A program made the translations under genes and the position numbers. Positions 30,128 to 40,790 of a DNA stretch of 43,679 bases are shown here, piece by piece (positions within the stretch are counted from its first letter, which is position 1; every line of letters begins with the position of its first letter). The notes below the pieces were generated by a model. That model was not told where the DNA came from and made no database searches. It saw only the letters and a program-made list of their open reading frames with translations. This stretch comes from Bacilli bacterium (GTDB taxonomy: Bacteria; Bacillota_I; Bacilli_A; ML615J-28; CAG-313). The stretch covers positions 1 through 43,679 of the forward strand of contig JBJEEE010000036.1 in NCBI GenBank assembly GCA_051872775.1. Direction: 5' to 3'.

Positions 30128-30610
30128 TTATTTATTAAAATATTTTAAAAGATTCATAATTTGTTTCTTGGTATATATTGAAATGTAAACATACTTATTT
30201 GCATTTGAATTTTTTATATATACTTTTATATATTTACTAAATAAATGATTATATCCAATATATTTCTTCTTGTCATTTTTTGATAATTTGACTATTTCAA
30301 TTTTTTCTACTTCTTTTAAATCTATTTCATTATTCCATGAAATTAAATTTCTTTTTTGAACATAAAATTTATTAGTAGCAAATAGTGGATTATTTAGTAT
30401 TTTAACCTTATCTTTTGCTAATTCGATATAATCAGGTAATCCAAAAATTTTTACTAATGCTGCAATTGCAAATGTCAAAATAACAAAAGCAATAAATGTC
30501 ATAAATCCATTAGTATTATAATTAATAAAAAGGTGCAATGCAATTAATAAGCAAATTATCATTATTCCCAAACATAAAATAATAATCTTAATTGAATGAA
30601 TCTTTTTCAT
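30128..30610 (-). CDS. Putative membrane immunity protein (2 TM + soluble domain), paralog of 33653..34150
   Basis: Directly after an orphan toxin tip; RBS GGAGG; shares EIVKLS..K.KY....LFSKY.KV..K...KY.Y.S.Y...QI with 33653..34150. Confidence 0.7.
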   Translation of the reverse strand: MKKIHSIKIIILCLGIMIICLLIALHLFINYNTNGFMTFIAFVILTFAIAALVKIFGLPDYIELAKDKVKILNNPLFATNKFYVQKRNLISWNNEIDLKEVEKIEIVKLSKNDKKKYIGYNHLFSKYIKVYIKNSNANKYVYISIYTKKQIMNLLKYFNK

Positions 30611-30625
30611 ATTCCCTCCAAATTT

Positions 30626-31779
30626 TTAAAATAACCAGTCTAATAATCCTTCAATACCATCTTCAATATAACCAGCAATTGATTTACCATTAATTTCTGT
30701 ATAAAATATTCCATTAATTATCACACCGACAACAACACCTGCTACAGTTCCAATAATAAATCCAAGTACTCCTCCAATAGCGCCACCAATTGCTGCACCT
30801 ATTTCACCAGCAGCCCATACATTGAATGCACCAACTCCAGCAGTTACAATCCCACTTGAAACAGTTGTTTGCCAAGAATCACCTGCATGAATATGTCCTT
30901 TAATATCATCATAAGTTTCATATGCAACTATTCCGTAACTAAGCCATTTTGCAGCCTTAACTAATGGAGATTTTAGATTATTCAACATTTGATGTTTCGT
31001 AATACCGTAATTGTATTAAAAAATTCAAAAAATTGTGGATTTTTAGAAGTCCAGTTAATTACGCTTATTGCTCCAGCCATACTAGCGACAAAATCTGCAT
31101 TTGTTGATAACCAATTTTGTTTTGGAAATTTAACAGAAAAAGCATTTGAAACTGATGAAGGATATCCACCACTGACTACACCATTCCCCATAAAAGAACT
31201 AACCATTCCGCTACCATAACTAGAAACAGAACTATCATATTTAATAGCAATAGGATTATTAACAGCATACGTATAAAGATTTAGTCCATTAATAGATTGT
31301 GGATTAAGACTAGAAACATCTGCAGGTTGGATAAATCTTCCAAGTTCCGGAGAATAGTATCTTGAGGATACCAACGCAAGATTGGTTTCTACATCATAAT
31401 AATATCCTTTATATCTAAATGGATTATTATATAAAACATATCTATCCGAATCATTTTCTATTGATATTTCGTTGATTTCATGGTTTCCCCATGCATCATA
31501 AACATATTCACCAATGATTATTCCATCTTTCATTATTTTGGTAATGTTTCCTAATGGGTCTTTTACAAATTGATAATAATAATCACTATAACTACTATTA
31601 TCTTTCCGTACTATACTCTTGATTCCACATACGCCACTTGAATCATAGAAATATACAAAGTTTCTTATTGATTGTCCGGTTATTTCATCAATTGCAAGTT
31701 CACCGATTAAGTTATTTCCATCATAATAATAATTAACTATATACTTATTCTTTTTGATTTTCTTAATGCGATTTCCTTG
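30626..31779 (-). pseudogene. Orphan RHS core fragment plus hydrophobic glycine-zipper toxin tip, frameshifted
   Basis: Starts at QGNRIKK right after an in-frame TAA; RHS core motifs NPFRYKGYYYD and NLYTYAVNNP; 1-nt frameshift near 31018 separates ORFs 30982..31533 and 30626..30988. Confidence 0.8.
31385..31779. repeat. 395-bp direct repeat, copy 1 (RHS core)
   Basis: Identical by eye to 34912..35306 (offset 3527). Confidence 0.92.
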
Positions 31780-31856
31780 TTAAATTACTATAATAGTAAG
31801 TTTATATAAATAATTCAAATATCTAGGAACGCTATTTCTAACATCTTCTAAGTTTT

Positions 31857-32537
31857 TTATTGTATATTAATTTCATAATCACTTAAGATGAGTAATCTTT
31901 GTAAATCATTATCATACGCAATAAATATACATTCATATTGTCCACTCGATGGTAATTTGTTGTATTCTTCACTTGTAATATTAAAGAATAAGAAAAAATC
32001 AAAAGTTTTTGATTCATATTGAATATCCAATGGTAATAAACCCCTAATTTCAGGTTTTAATTCTTTCTGCCACAATTTTTTATTTCTAATTTCTTGTTCA
32101 AAACAATCTTTACTTTCACTATCGATAATTTTTACATAGCTTATATTATATAAATCTAATTTATTTGTTGCTACCTTAATTACATCAGGAATGTCAAAGT
32201 TAATTTTCTCTTCAATAATTAAAATCTCATTAACATCGTATGAAACAAAATTATTGAAAATAAATCTATATGAACCAAAAATTACTAGCAATGGTAAGCA
32301 AATTAATGAAATTACAAAATTCTTTTTGTATTTTTGCTTACTATTTTTAAGTTCTAATCCAATTATAATCGATATAATTCCTATTGGTATAAATAATAAC
32401 ATCACCCAAGAATATCTTATTATCCCTGCAACACCGAATATATCTGTTTCACCAATTATACAAGCTAAAGAAAAAGAAACTATTGGAGAAATTAAAGTTG
32501 TCCAAAAAAATATATTTCCTAAAATTTTTTTATTCAT
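31857..32537 (-). CDS. Putative membrane immunity protein (3 TM + C-terminal soluble domain)
   Basis: Directly downstream of an orphan toxin tip; RBS GAAAGGA; three hydrophobic helices. Confidence 0.65.
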   Translation of the reverse strand: MNKKILGNIFFWTTLISPIVSFSLACIIGETDIFGVAGIIRYSWVMLLFIPIGIISIIIGLELKNSKQKYKKNFVISLICLPLLVIFGSYRFIFNNFVSYDVNEILIIEEKINFDIPDVIKVATNKLDLYNISYVKIIDSESKDCFEQEIRNKKLWQKELKPEIRGLLPLDIQYESKTFDFFLFFNITSEEYNKLPSSGQYECIFIAYDNDLQRLLILSDYEINIQ

Positions 32538-32554
32538 ATGCTTTTTCCTTTCTA

Positions 32555-33247
32555 TTAAGCAGGTTGTAAGCCTGGAACAGGACTTGGATCACCCGATGTA
32601 ATAAACTTATAAATCCAGTAAATTACTGCTACAAGACAACCATTATTTACGCCAAACGTAACCCCTTCTGTTCTAGTCAGACCATTTCCTAAATCAGTAT
32701 CCCAAGCAAATGTAATAGAGGTGCAAACAATTAGATTAATGTTTGCTCCAATACTAAATCTTCCTATATTAACTTGAGTCCCGATTCCTACAGTTTCAAA
32801 ATATGCCTCAGCACCTAAAATATCAAATAAGTTTATTCCTACACCAGCATAATATGCTGTTCCAAACCAGTTCATTATATCAGACGTGCTACCAGCAAAA
32901 GCATATAGCGTTCCCAATTGTCCTCGTGTATATGTAACATAATAAGAAAATCCAATTCTTCCAAAAAAACTAGTAGCAATATCTGGTGAAGTATCCCACC
33001 CTGTAGATGCTCTTAATTCATATCCAAACAGATTAAACCTACTAGATTTTGGTGAAGATAATGTTGTAACGATTTGTTTGAGCATAATAGCACGTATGGT
33101 GTTTCCAATAGAACCATCCACAAAGATTGATGAATCAGTAATTGAATCACCAGAAGAAATAGGTCTTTGTTTATAATTCACTGGATTATTTAAACAATAT
33201 CATTATAAATTCAATCCATTGATACTTTCAGGATCTAAATATTCAAT
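32555..33247 (-). pseudogene. Orphan RHS toxin tip with a short core remnant interrupted by tandem stop codons
   Basis: IEYLDPESINGLNL**YCLNNPVNY in frame with ORF 32555..33181; 33206-33247 matches 34803-34844 at 40/42 nt. Confidence 0.78.
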
Positions 33248-33543
33248 AAATAATTGGTTTGGAACTATCAATTGAGATCCCTTTTATCTCAACATTATAA
33301 TAACTAATAAATTTTTGAATGCTATTTAAATATATCGAATCTAATTCTAGTTTAATAATATCTTCTATTAAATTGCAAGAATAACCATCAAATTTTCCGT
33401 ATGGAGATACATCGTATAAAATGCATGATAATTAATCCACATAAAGAATATATCCTACAGAAAATAATTTAGGATTAGCCCTATCAGTATTATATACCAA
33501 TTAACTTTTGATTTTTGCATGCATCAAATATTTTATTTTTAAT
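33243..33543 (-). pseudogene. Decayed gene, probably an immunity protein of a further cassette
   Basis: RBS AAGGAG then ATT in place of ATG, one frameshift and one in-frame TAA; reads KNKIFDACKNQKLIGI/TDRANPKLFSVGYILYVD*LSCILYDVSPYGKFDGYSCNLIEDIIKLELDSIY. Confidence 0.55.
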
Positions 33544-33652
33544 TATTTTCTCCTTAATCATCTATAAAAAACTCATAGAATAACCACCACAATATGGACT
33601 TAATCCATTTACTTTTTCTTATATTTTTTCATTGTGCAACTTTTTTTAATAT

Positions 33653-34150
33653 CTATCTTTTTTCGCTTTTACTTAATAGCATTTGAATTATTTTTTTTAT
33701 TTGATAATTTGAGTAGTGTGAAACATAAATATATTTGATATGTCCATACTTAAGATTTACTTTTAAGTATTTACTGAACAAAAATCTTGCAGAAGTATAC
33801 TTTCTTTTTTCTTCTGTTGACAATTTAACAATTTCAATACTTTCAATTTCTGATGGATAAATTATCCAATTACTATGTAAATCTCTATCATTTTTTTTAT
33901 AATTCACTAAATAAAACAAACTTACCTTATCATATGATAAATCAATCGTCATTTTTTGCATTGATAACATAACAGTTACTGGCACAGCAATGCAGATTGC
34001 GTAAGTCACAACTAAATACCAATTTTGTACACACCAATCAAAATCACCCATATGACCGGTAATAAAAATCACTATAGCCGTAGTCCACATAATTCCAGCT
34101 ATTATCGAAAAACATAAAGCATCATAGAAAGCTATAAATCTTTTTTTCAT
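33653..34150 (-). CDS. Putative cognate immunity protein of the main RHS toxin (2 TM)
   Basis: Starts 13 nt after the RHS stop; RBS AAGGAG; ATG 34150 (MKKRFIAF); paralog of 30128..30610. Confidence 0.72.
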   Translation of the reverse strand: MKKRFIAFYDALCFSIIAGIMWTTAIVIFITGHMGDFDWCVQNWYLVVTYAICIAVPVTVMLSMQKMTIDLSYDKVSLFYLVNYKKNDRDLHSNWIIYPSEIESIEIVKLSTEEKRKYTSARFLFSKYLKVNLKYGHIKYIYVSHYSNYQIKKIIQMLLSKSEKR

Positions 34151-34163
34151 CAATAAACTCTCC

Positions 34164-37100
34164 TTATTTGACGTTGTTGTCAATCCAATCAGCAATCCAT
34201 CCTCCTAATAAAATGTCAACTAAAATTGAACCAAATAATCCCACTGTAAATCCTATTGCGGTTCCTATACCAGGACATATTGCAGTTCCAATTGTTGTTG
34301 TAGCCCACATAATCCCTTTGTTTAAAAAAAGCATCACAACACCACTGACAGCAGTTAAAGCACCTCCAAGTAAGATTCCTACCGTGCTTACGCCTCTTTG
34401 ATAACTATCATACATATCAATCAACACATTCAATCCGATTAACGCACCATCCAGCGCACCCATCTTAAAGCTGACATTCGATAATTGTAATGATGTTTTC
34501 CATTTAGAAATACCATACAGTTTAAACTCATCATTGATTATGGAAGCATATTTATAGTAGTGACTAAAAATAGGAATTCCTGTAACTAATGACGATACTG
34601 ATCCATATATTGTAGTTGCATTTTCTGCAAGCCACGGAATTGCCGGTAACGGATTCCGACTTGATGATCCAGAAGTACTATTGCCAATTGAACCAAATGC
34701 GTTGCCAATAGAACTTACCATTCCACCATCAATACTAGTACTGCCAATAGAAATTGAACTACTATAAGCAATTCCAATTGGATTGTTGTTTGCATAACAA
34801 TATAAATTCAATCCATTAATGCTTTCAGGATCTAAATATTCAATTGAATCTGGTGAAATCCAACAACATAATTCAGGGGAAAAGTATCTTGTATTACAAT
34901 AGTATAGATTAGTTTCTACATCATAATAATATCCTTTATATCTAAATGGATTATTATATAAAACATATCTATCCGAATCATTTTCTATTGATATTTCGTT
35001 GATTTCATGGTTTCCCCATGCATCATAAACATATTCACCAATGATTATTCCATCTTTCATTATTTTGGTAATGTTTCCTAATGGGTCTTTTACAAATTGA
35101 TAATAATAATCACTATAACTACTATTATCTTTCCGTACTATACTCTTGATTCCACATACGCCACTTGAATCATAGAAATATACAAAGTTTCTTATTGATT
35201 GTCCGGTTATTTCATCAATTGCAAGTTCACCGATTAAGTTATTTCCATCATAATAATAATTAACTATATACTTATTCTTTTTGATTTTCTTAATGCGATT
35301 TCCTTGAAAGTTATATACAAATGAACAAATACCATTGTTACATGTTTTATATTCTTCTAAATCATTTCTTGAATTATATGTAATATAGGTACTACCTAGC
35401 TTACAAATATTGCCATAATTATCGTACTTTATATTTAATATATTACCATTATTAATATATTTTGTCAATTTATTAGATGAATATTCATACTCTTTAATTA
35501 CTTGGTTGTTCTTCTTTACTTGTTTTAACATTTTGGTATTATCATCATAAATGTATTCTAACTCTACACCATTTGAAGCTGTCTCTTTTTTTAGTCGATT
35601 ATAATTATCATATTCATACTCTTTTGTCATGGTTTGAATATTTACTAATTCTAAATCAATTGTATTTTTTAATCGATTACCACTTTCTTTAATCTTGGTT
35701 ATATTTTGATTTTGATATGAGATTTCATATTCAATTTCAGAAGTTACTGTGTGGGGGGTTAGTCTACTTACACATACACTGTGTTTTATTTTTTTAGGTA
35801 AGTTAGTAGATTCATAATATTCTGTATTCTGTTCTACAGATAGTATATTATTACTACCTACAAACATATCTGTATATTTTCTTGTTAATCGATCTAAATT
35901 ATCATATTTATAATTATTGGTAAAACAACCAAGTCTTAGATTAGGATTATCATCTACATAATAGATACTTTTGATTAATTTATTCGTAAGTGGGTTAGTA
36001 ATAACTTGAAAATTAAGTGTATTTCCAAACGTATTTATAAAGGATAATCCATATGCTTTTTCATTGTTAGGTCTATTTATTACCATATAACTGTTTCGTT
36101 CTTCTACACTTGTTGTTATTCCATATCTTGGGCTGTCATTAAATGTATAATCATATACTTTATTAGAGAATCCATCTGTTATTTTTTTAACTACACTATG
36201 TACTTTAGAATATGATGAATTAGGAATATGATATTCAAATTTTATTTCTTTTTGACTTTCTTCTTGAGTACTATCTTGTTCGACAATTGATACTATTTTT
36301 CCATACAAATCATATTTGTTAGTCACTTCATATGATTTATTGCCATAATAAAGATGTTGTTTAATATAATCATCATAGGCAGAATATTCATATGTTGTTT
36401 TTTCTGTTATGTTACTTCCATTATAGATTTCTACTAAATCTTTAAGGGGACTGTAGCTAAAGCCATGACAATTACTATTATCATATACTTTATCAATATT
36501 ACCTTCTTTTCCATATGATATTCTATTTACATGGAGTAGATTATCATCTTTATCATAAAATTCGATCATTGATAGTTCATTTAATTCATTATATATATAC
36601 TTACATTTTTGAATTACTACTTCATCTACTGTATTTATGTTGCCATCTATAAATGATTTACTACATTTAGCTATTTTTGTACTAATGCTATCATTAACAT
36701 TATAGGTATATTCAATTATATTACCTTCACTTTCAATTCTCATTACTTTTTCTCTTATAATAGGGAAAGTGCTATTGTATGTATAAGTTGTGATAATTGA
36801 TTCGGTTGATTCATCTTCATCACTATACTTCTTAACTGATAGTAGATTTCCATACTCATCATAAGTATAAGCTGTAATAGTTGATGATGAATATCCTGTT
36901 CCATACTCATCATATTTTATATTATGGTATTTTTCATAATCAATTGTACCATTTTCGTTTACGGAAGTGATATTATAAAAATCTATATCTTCTTCATTTT
37001 TTTCATCACCATATTCTTTTTTAGTCCTAATACTATTAATAGTTTCAAGCGTATAGTGATTATTTCCTTTATTTATATACTTACTTGTAATTGTTTTATA

Positions 37101-38886
37101 TAAATACTTATTGTTATAAGTATCTTTTTTAATTAAATTATAAGAGTTAAATTGATAATTAGGTATTAATACATCTTGATCATCTCCATCTGAAGTAAAG
37201 GTAAACTTGAAGTAAAAACTACTTATATATTCATGAAGTAATCTTACTTCATTTACACGTTTTACTTTTGTTTTATTACAATAGTATAGATCATACTGTA
37301 GTTGTGGTTTATTTTTTAAGGTTTCTTCATACATACTTCGATATGTTGAAATTATATCATTTTCTGTTAAATAGAAACTTTCTGATAAGGTTACTATTTT
37401 TTCTTCGCCATCATTATAATATAAACTATCACCTAATTTTAACTCTTTACCTACACCTAGATTATCAGGATGCATTATACTTATAAGGTTGCTTATCCCT
37501 TTGTTAATTCTCATATCACTAATTTCGATACAACTATTTTGATAATCACCAGCTCCTGATTGTTCTATCAGTAATTCTACCATATCTATATTTGATTGGT
37601 CATATGGTAAGATAAAAGGAATCGTAACTTGTTGCCATACATTTGATAAAGTTTTTCTTAATACTACACTTCTTACTTCAATTGTATCATTTGATTTATC
37701 TTTATACTTTAAACTTGCTTTTAAAAAAGATGTATTAGTTTCATTAAATTTGAGCCAAAAAGATAATGTGAAGTTAGTTGTTTCATCATACTCAAAATTG
37801 TCATTATCTTTTATGAACATAATCAAAAAATTACTTAATGACTCTATGCTTATTGGGAAAGTATATTTATTATCGACTTTATTAATTTGCTTTACTCTTT
37901 TATTATTGATATAAAAATTTGTCGTTCCTCCACAATTAATTTCCCATCCTGTTGGCCTAGTTATCGTAAAGTATTTATTACCACTTTCTTTTTCCAGAAC
38001 ACTAATATTTGTTCCTTCCATATCAAAATAATAGCGTAGAGTAATACTTTTTCGTGTCATAATATCAGTGTATGAATCAAAATATTTAAATATTGTTATT
38101 TCTTTTAGATATTCTTCTTTCATTAACATGCTTGAAGTAGTTAATGTATAGGCTTGCTCACTTAAATATTCATTTTCACCTACATAGATATCATCATTAC
38201 AATATAATTTTGTTGGAAGTTTGGCTTTTTGGTATTCTACTTTTAATGATCCCTCTTTTACTTTTGTTACTCTATTTTCATTATCATATTCAAGAGCTAT
38301 TGCTTGGAGTGTTTCACTATTTATGATATGAGTAATTTTGTTATTATCATAGATAAATTCATGAATCTTTTTTTCTATTTCTCCTTTTACTTTTGTTATG
38401 TTTAATAGTTTAGTTCCTTCATAATTAAACACATAATAGGTATCACTTTGTGGTGTATATACTGTTTTTAGAAGATTATTTTCATTATATTTAAAAACAA
38501 CTTTTTTATATATATTTCTAATATCATATATTGAGCTTACTCTATCTAGTTCATCATATTGAATATTTTTTTTGATACTTTCATTTGTAGATGAAATTAA
38601 TGAAATCAACTCTCCTTTTGTTTGGTTAAAGATTAGCATGTTGCCAGATTCATCATAAATTAACGGATTAGTATTTTCTTTTACTTTTAGTTTCAAGCCA
38701 GTTCCACTTTCATCATAATATTCATTTACTATTACATCATCTTCACTATACGTTCTATACTTTACAAATCTATGAATACAAAATGAATCATCAAGATAAA
38801 CATAATCATCTAACGTAAATGATGGGATATTATAATCATTTTCATATTTAAACAAATATGATTGGAAAGAAAGCTTCCATCCATTT
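34164..38886 (-). pseudogene. RHS/YD-repeat polymorphic toxin, 3' part (IS3-interrupted)
   Basis: YD repeats; CBM-like insert (FTLSFW..WQQVTIPF..ISDMRI); RHS core NPFRYKGYYYDVET..NLYCYANNNP; hydrophobic GxxxG-rich tip. Confidence 0.9.
34912..35306. repeat. 395-bp direct repeat, copy 2 (RHS core)
   Basis: Identical by eye to 31385..31779. Confidence 0.92.
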
Positions 38887-38929
38887 TGAACTGATGTCTG
38901 TCAAGTAGACAGATAATAAAAATAAAAAT

Positions 38930-39847
38930 TTATGCCCGTAAAGCTTGATTTCGATATTCAATCGGAGTCAAGCTTTTTAATATGGCTTGAAATCTTTTGT
39001 TATTATAAAATTCAATATATTCTACTATTGAATTAATTAAGTTATCAGTTGTATAAAACTTATTTAAGTAATACATTTCTGATTTTAAAGTTCCCCAAAA
39101 TGCTTCCATAGGTCCGTTATCTATACATTTTCCTACTCGTGACATACTTTGTATCATGCCTTGTTGGTCTAATTTAAACTTAAATACTTTAGATGTAAAT
39201 TGGAACCCTCTATCGCTGTGAAATATTGGTTTTGCTGTAGGGTTTAAAGTTATTGCTTTATCAAATGTATCAAATACTAATTTATTGTCATTTCTAAAAG
39301 ATATTGTATATGCGACAATAGATTTATCATATAAATCTAAAATAGAACATAAATATATTTTTTGTTTTTGTCCAATAACTTTAAATTCTGTAACATCTGT
39401 TAACCATTTTTCATTTGGATAATTAGCACTAAAATCTCTAGATAAAATATTTTCTCCGACTTGTTCAGGTTGTACTTTTATGTAGTTATATCGTTTTCGT
39501 CGTATTTTTGACTTAATATTTAGTTTTCTCATAAGTCTTCTGATATATTTCCATGAGTAATTGGTATTGTTTAAACGATTAATATACATTGTCATTCTGC
39601 GATAACCCAAAATATGATTATACGAACAATCATATTCTATTATTAGTTCACATAATTCTTTATCTCTAGTTTCTTTTTCTGGAACTATTCTATTTTTCCA
39701 TTTGTAATATGAACTTCTATTTAACCCTAAGATTTCACAGATTATTTCAATTTTATATCCTAAATTAGAAAAATAATCCACTGTTAAATAGTATTCTTCT
39801 AGTTTTACCTTTGAGTGTTGGCTCGTTTTTGTAAACGATGCTTTTTT
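38930..39847 (-). CDS. IS3 transposase OrfB (DDE), fused to OrfA by a -1 frameshift
   Basis: WLTDVTEF, HSDRGFQF, DNGPMEAFWG.LK.E, YNN.R; the -1 frame is open from the A9G slippery site (39841-39850) into MDYFS. Confidence 0.92.
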   Translation of the reverse strand, partial: KKASFTKTSQHSKVKLEEYYLTVDYFSNLGYKIEIICEILGLNRSSYYKWKNRIVPEKETRDKELCELIIEYDCSYNHILGYRRMTMYINRLNNTNYSWKYIRRLMRKLNIKSKIRRKRYNYIKVQPEQVGENILSRDFSANYPNEKWLTDVTEFKVIGQKQKIYLCSILDLYDKSIVAYTISFRNDNKLVFDTFDKAITLNPTAKPIFHSDRGFQFTSKVFKFKLDQQGMIQSMSRVGKCIDNGPMEAFWGTLKSEMYYLNKFYTTDNLINSIVEYIEFYNNKRFQAILKSLTPIEYRNQALRA

Positions 39848-40506
39848 TTTAAAACTTCGAGTTCTAATTGAAGACGTTCGTTTTCTCTTCTTAATCTTTC
39901 ATTTTCAATCTCTAATAATTCTTCAGATGTTGTTGGTTCATCTAAGTGTTTAATCTTAGGACCTTTTTTCTGTAATTTTAAAGATTCATAACCTTTTTCT
40001 TTAACTTTTTTTACCCATGTGTATACTTGAGCATAAGGAATAAAATATTTATTAGCTGTATCTTTATAATCATAGTTATTTGATATACAGTAATTTACTA
40101 TTTCAATTCTTTCTTCATAGGATACTTTTCTAGACTTCATAGTATACACCTCACTCATCGGTTTATAATCTTTTAATATTATACCATTATTATACTTTAA
40201 AATCCATTTTCTTAATGTGCTGTTACTTAGAATTTTATATTTAATTTGTAAACTTTCTATTGATCCTTTTCCATCTAAATATTCTTTAACTACATTTTCT
40301 TTGAATTCCCTAGTATATGTGCTATTAAATGTTTTATCATCGAAAATAGAATCTCCATATTGATTAAACAGTTTAATCCACATCCTTAAAGGTGTTTTCC
40401 CACAATTTAAATCATTACAAATATCTGTAAAAGATTTTCTCCCTTCAATGTATTCTTTTATCGCTTTTATTTTTGTATCTTTTGTATATTTAGGTTTTCT
40501 TCCCAT
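39805..40506 (-). CDS. IS3 transposase OrfA (HTH repeats + coiled coil)
   Basis: KY..E.K..A, repeated W...Y HTH modules, ENERLRRENERLQLELEVLKKK. Confidence 0.9.
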   Translation of the reverse strand: MGRKPKYTKDTKIKAIKEYIEGRKSFTDICNDLNCGKTPLRMWIKLFNQYGDSIFDDKTFNSTYTREFKENVVKEYLDGKGSIESLQIKYKILSNSTLRKWILKYNNGIILKDYKPMSEVYTMKSRKVSYEERIEIVNYCISNNYDYKDTANKYFIPYAQVYTWVKKVKEKGYESLKLQKKGPKIKHLDEPTTSEELLEIENERLRRENERLQLELEVLKKKHRLQKRANTQR

Positions 40507-40580
40507 AATAAAAATGCCTCCAAAGTAAATAGTGAATAATTTTATTTTTATTCACTGTCTACTTTAGAGACATCATATCA

Positions 40581-40786
40581 TTTTCAAATCCTATCTTTTG
40601 ATTTAAAAAATCATAATTATCATAATATGAATTATATACTAATGATAAGTCAATTTGAAAACTACCACTTCCATAACTTAGGATGGGATAATTATATATT
40701 GCTCTACCATTATATATATTTACTTTTAATAAACCTTGTTCTAAAATGAATTCTTTATTAGTTTGATTAATTTTACATACATTCAT
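40581..40786 (-). pseudogene. RHS toxin, 5' part (IS3-interrupted)
   Basis: VNIYNG..LSLVYNS..GFEN continues in frame into GWKLSFQSYLFKYEND once the IS and one TTT are removed. Confidence 0.88.
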
Positions 40787-40790
40787 AAAT

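Larger units (their letters stand above)
38887..40580 (-). mobile_element. IS3-family insertion sequence (1694 bp) with a 3-bp target duplication
   Basis: TG...CA ends; ~41-bp imperfect terminal inverted repeats (tgaactgatgtctgtcaagtagacag / tgatatgatgtctctaaagtagacag); TTT duplicated at 38884-38886 and 40581-40583. Confidence 0.95.

Noticed and set aside
33200-33205. UGA=Trp (Mycoplasma-type) genetic code explaining the in-frame stops
   Set aside because: TGA terminates rimM and murC, conserved Trp codons checked are TGG, and the adjacent stop is TAA
40559-40786. Independent 75-aa gene
   Set aside because: It is the RHS 5' end reading into the IS3 inverted repeat
34164-40786. T6SS/T7SS or Sec-dependent (WapA-type) export of the RHS toxin
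   Set aside because: No PAAR, VgrG, LXG or WXG100 features and no signal peptide in the reconstructed N-terminus
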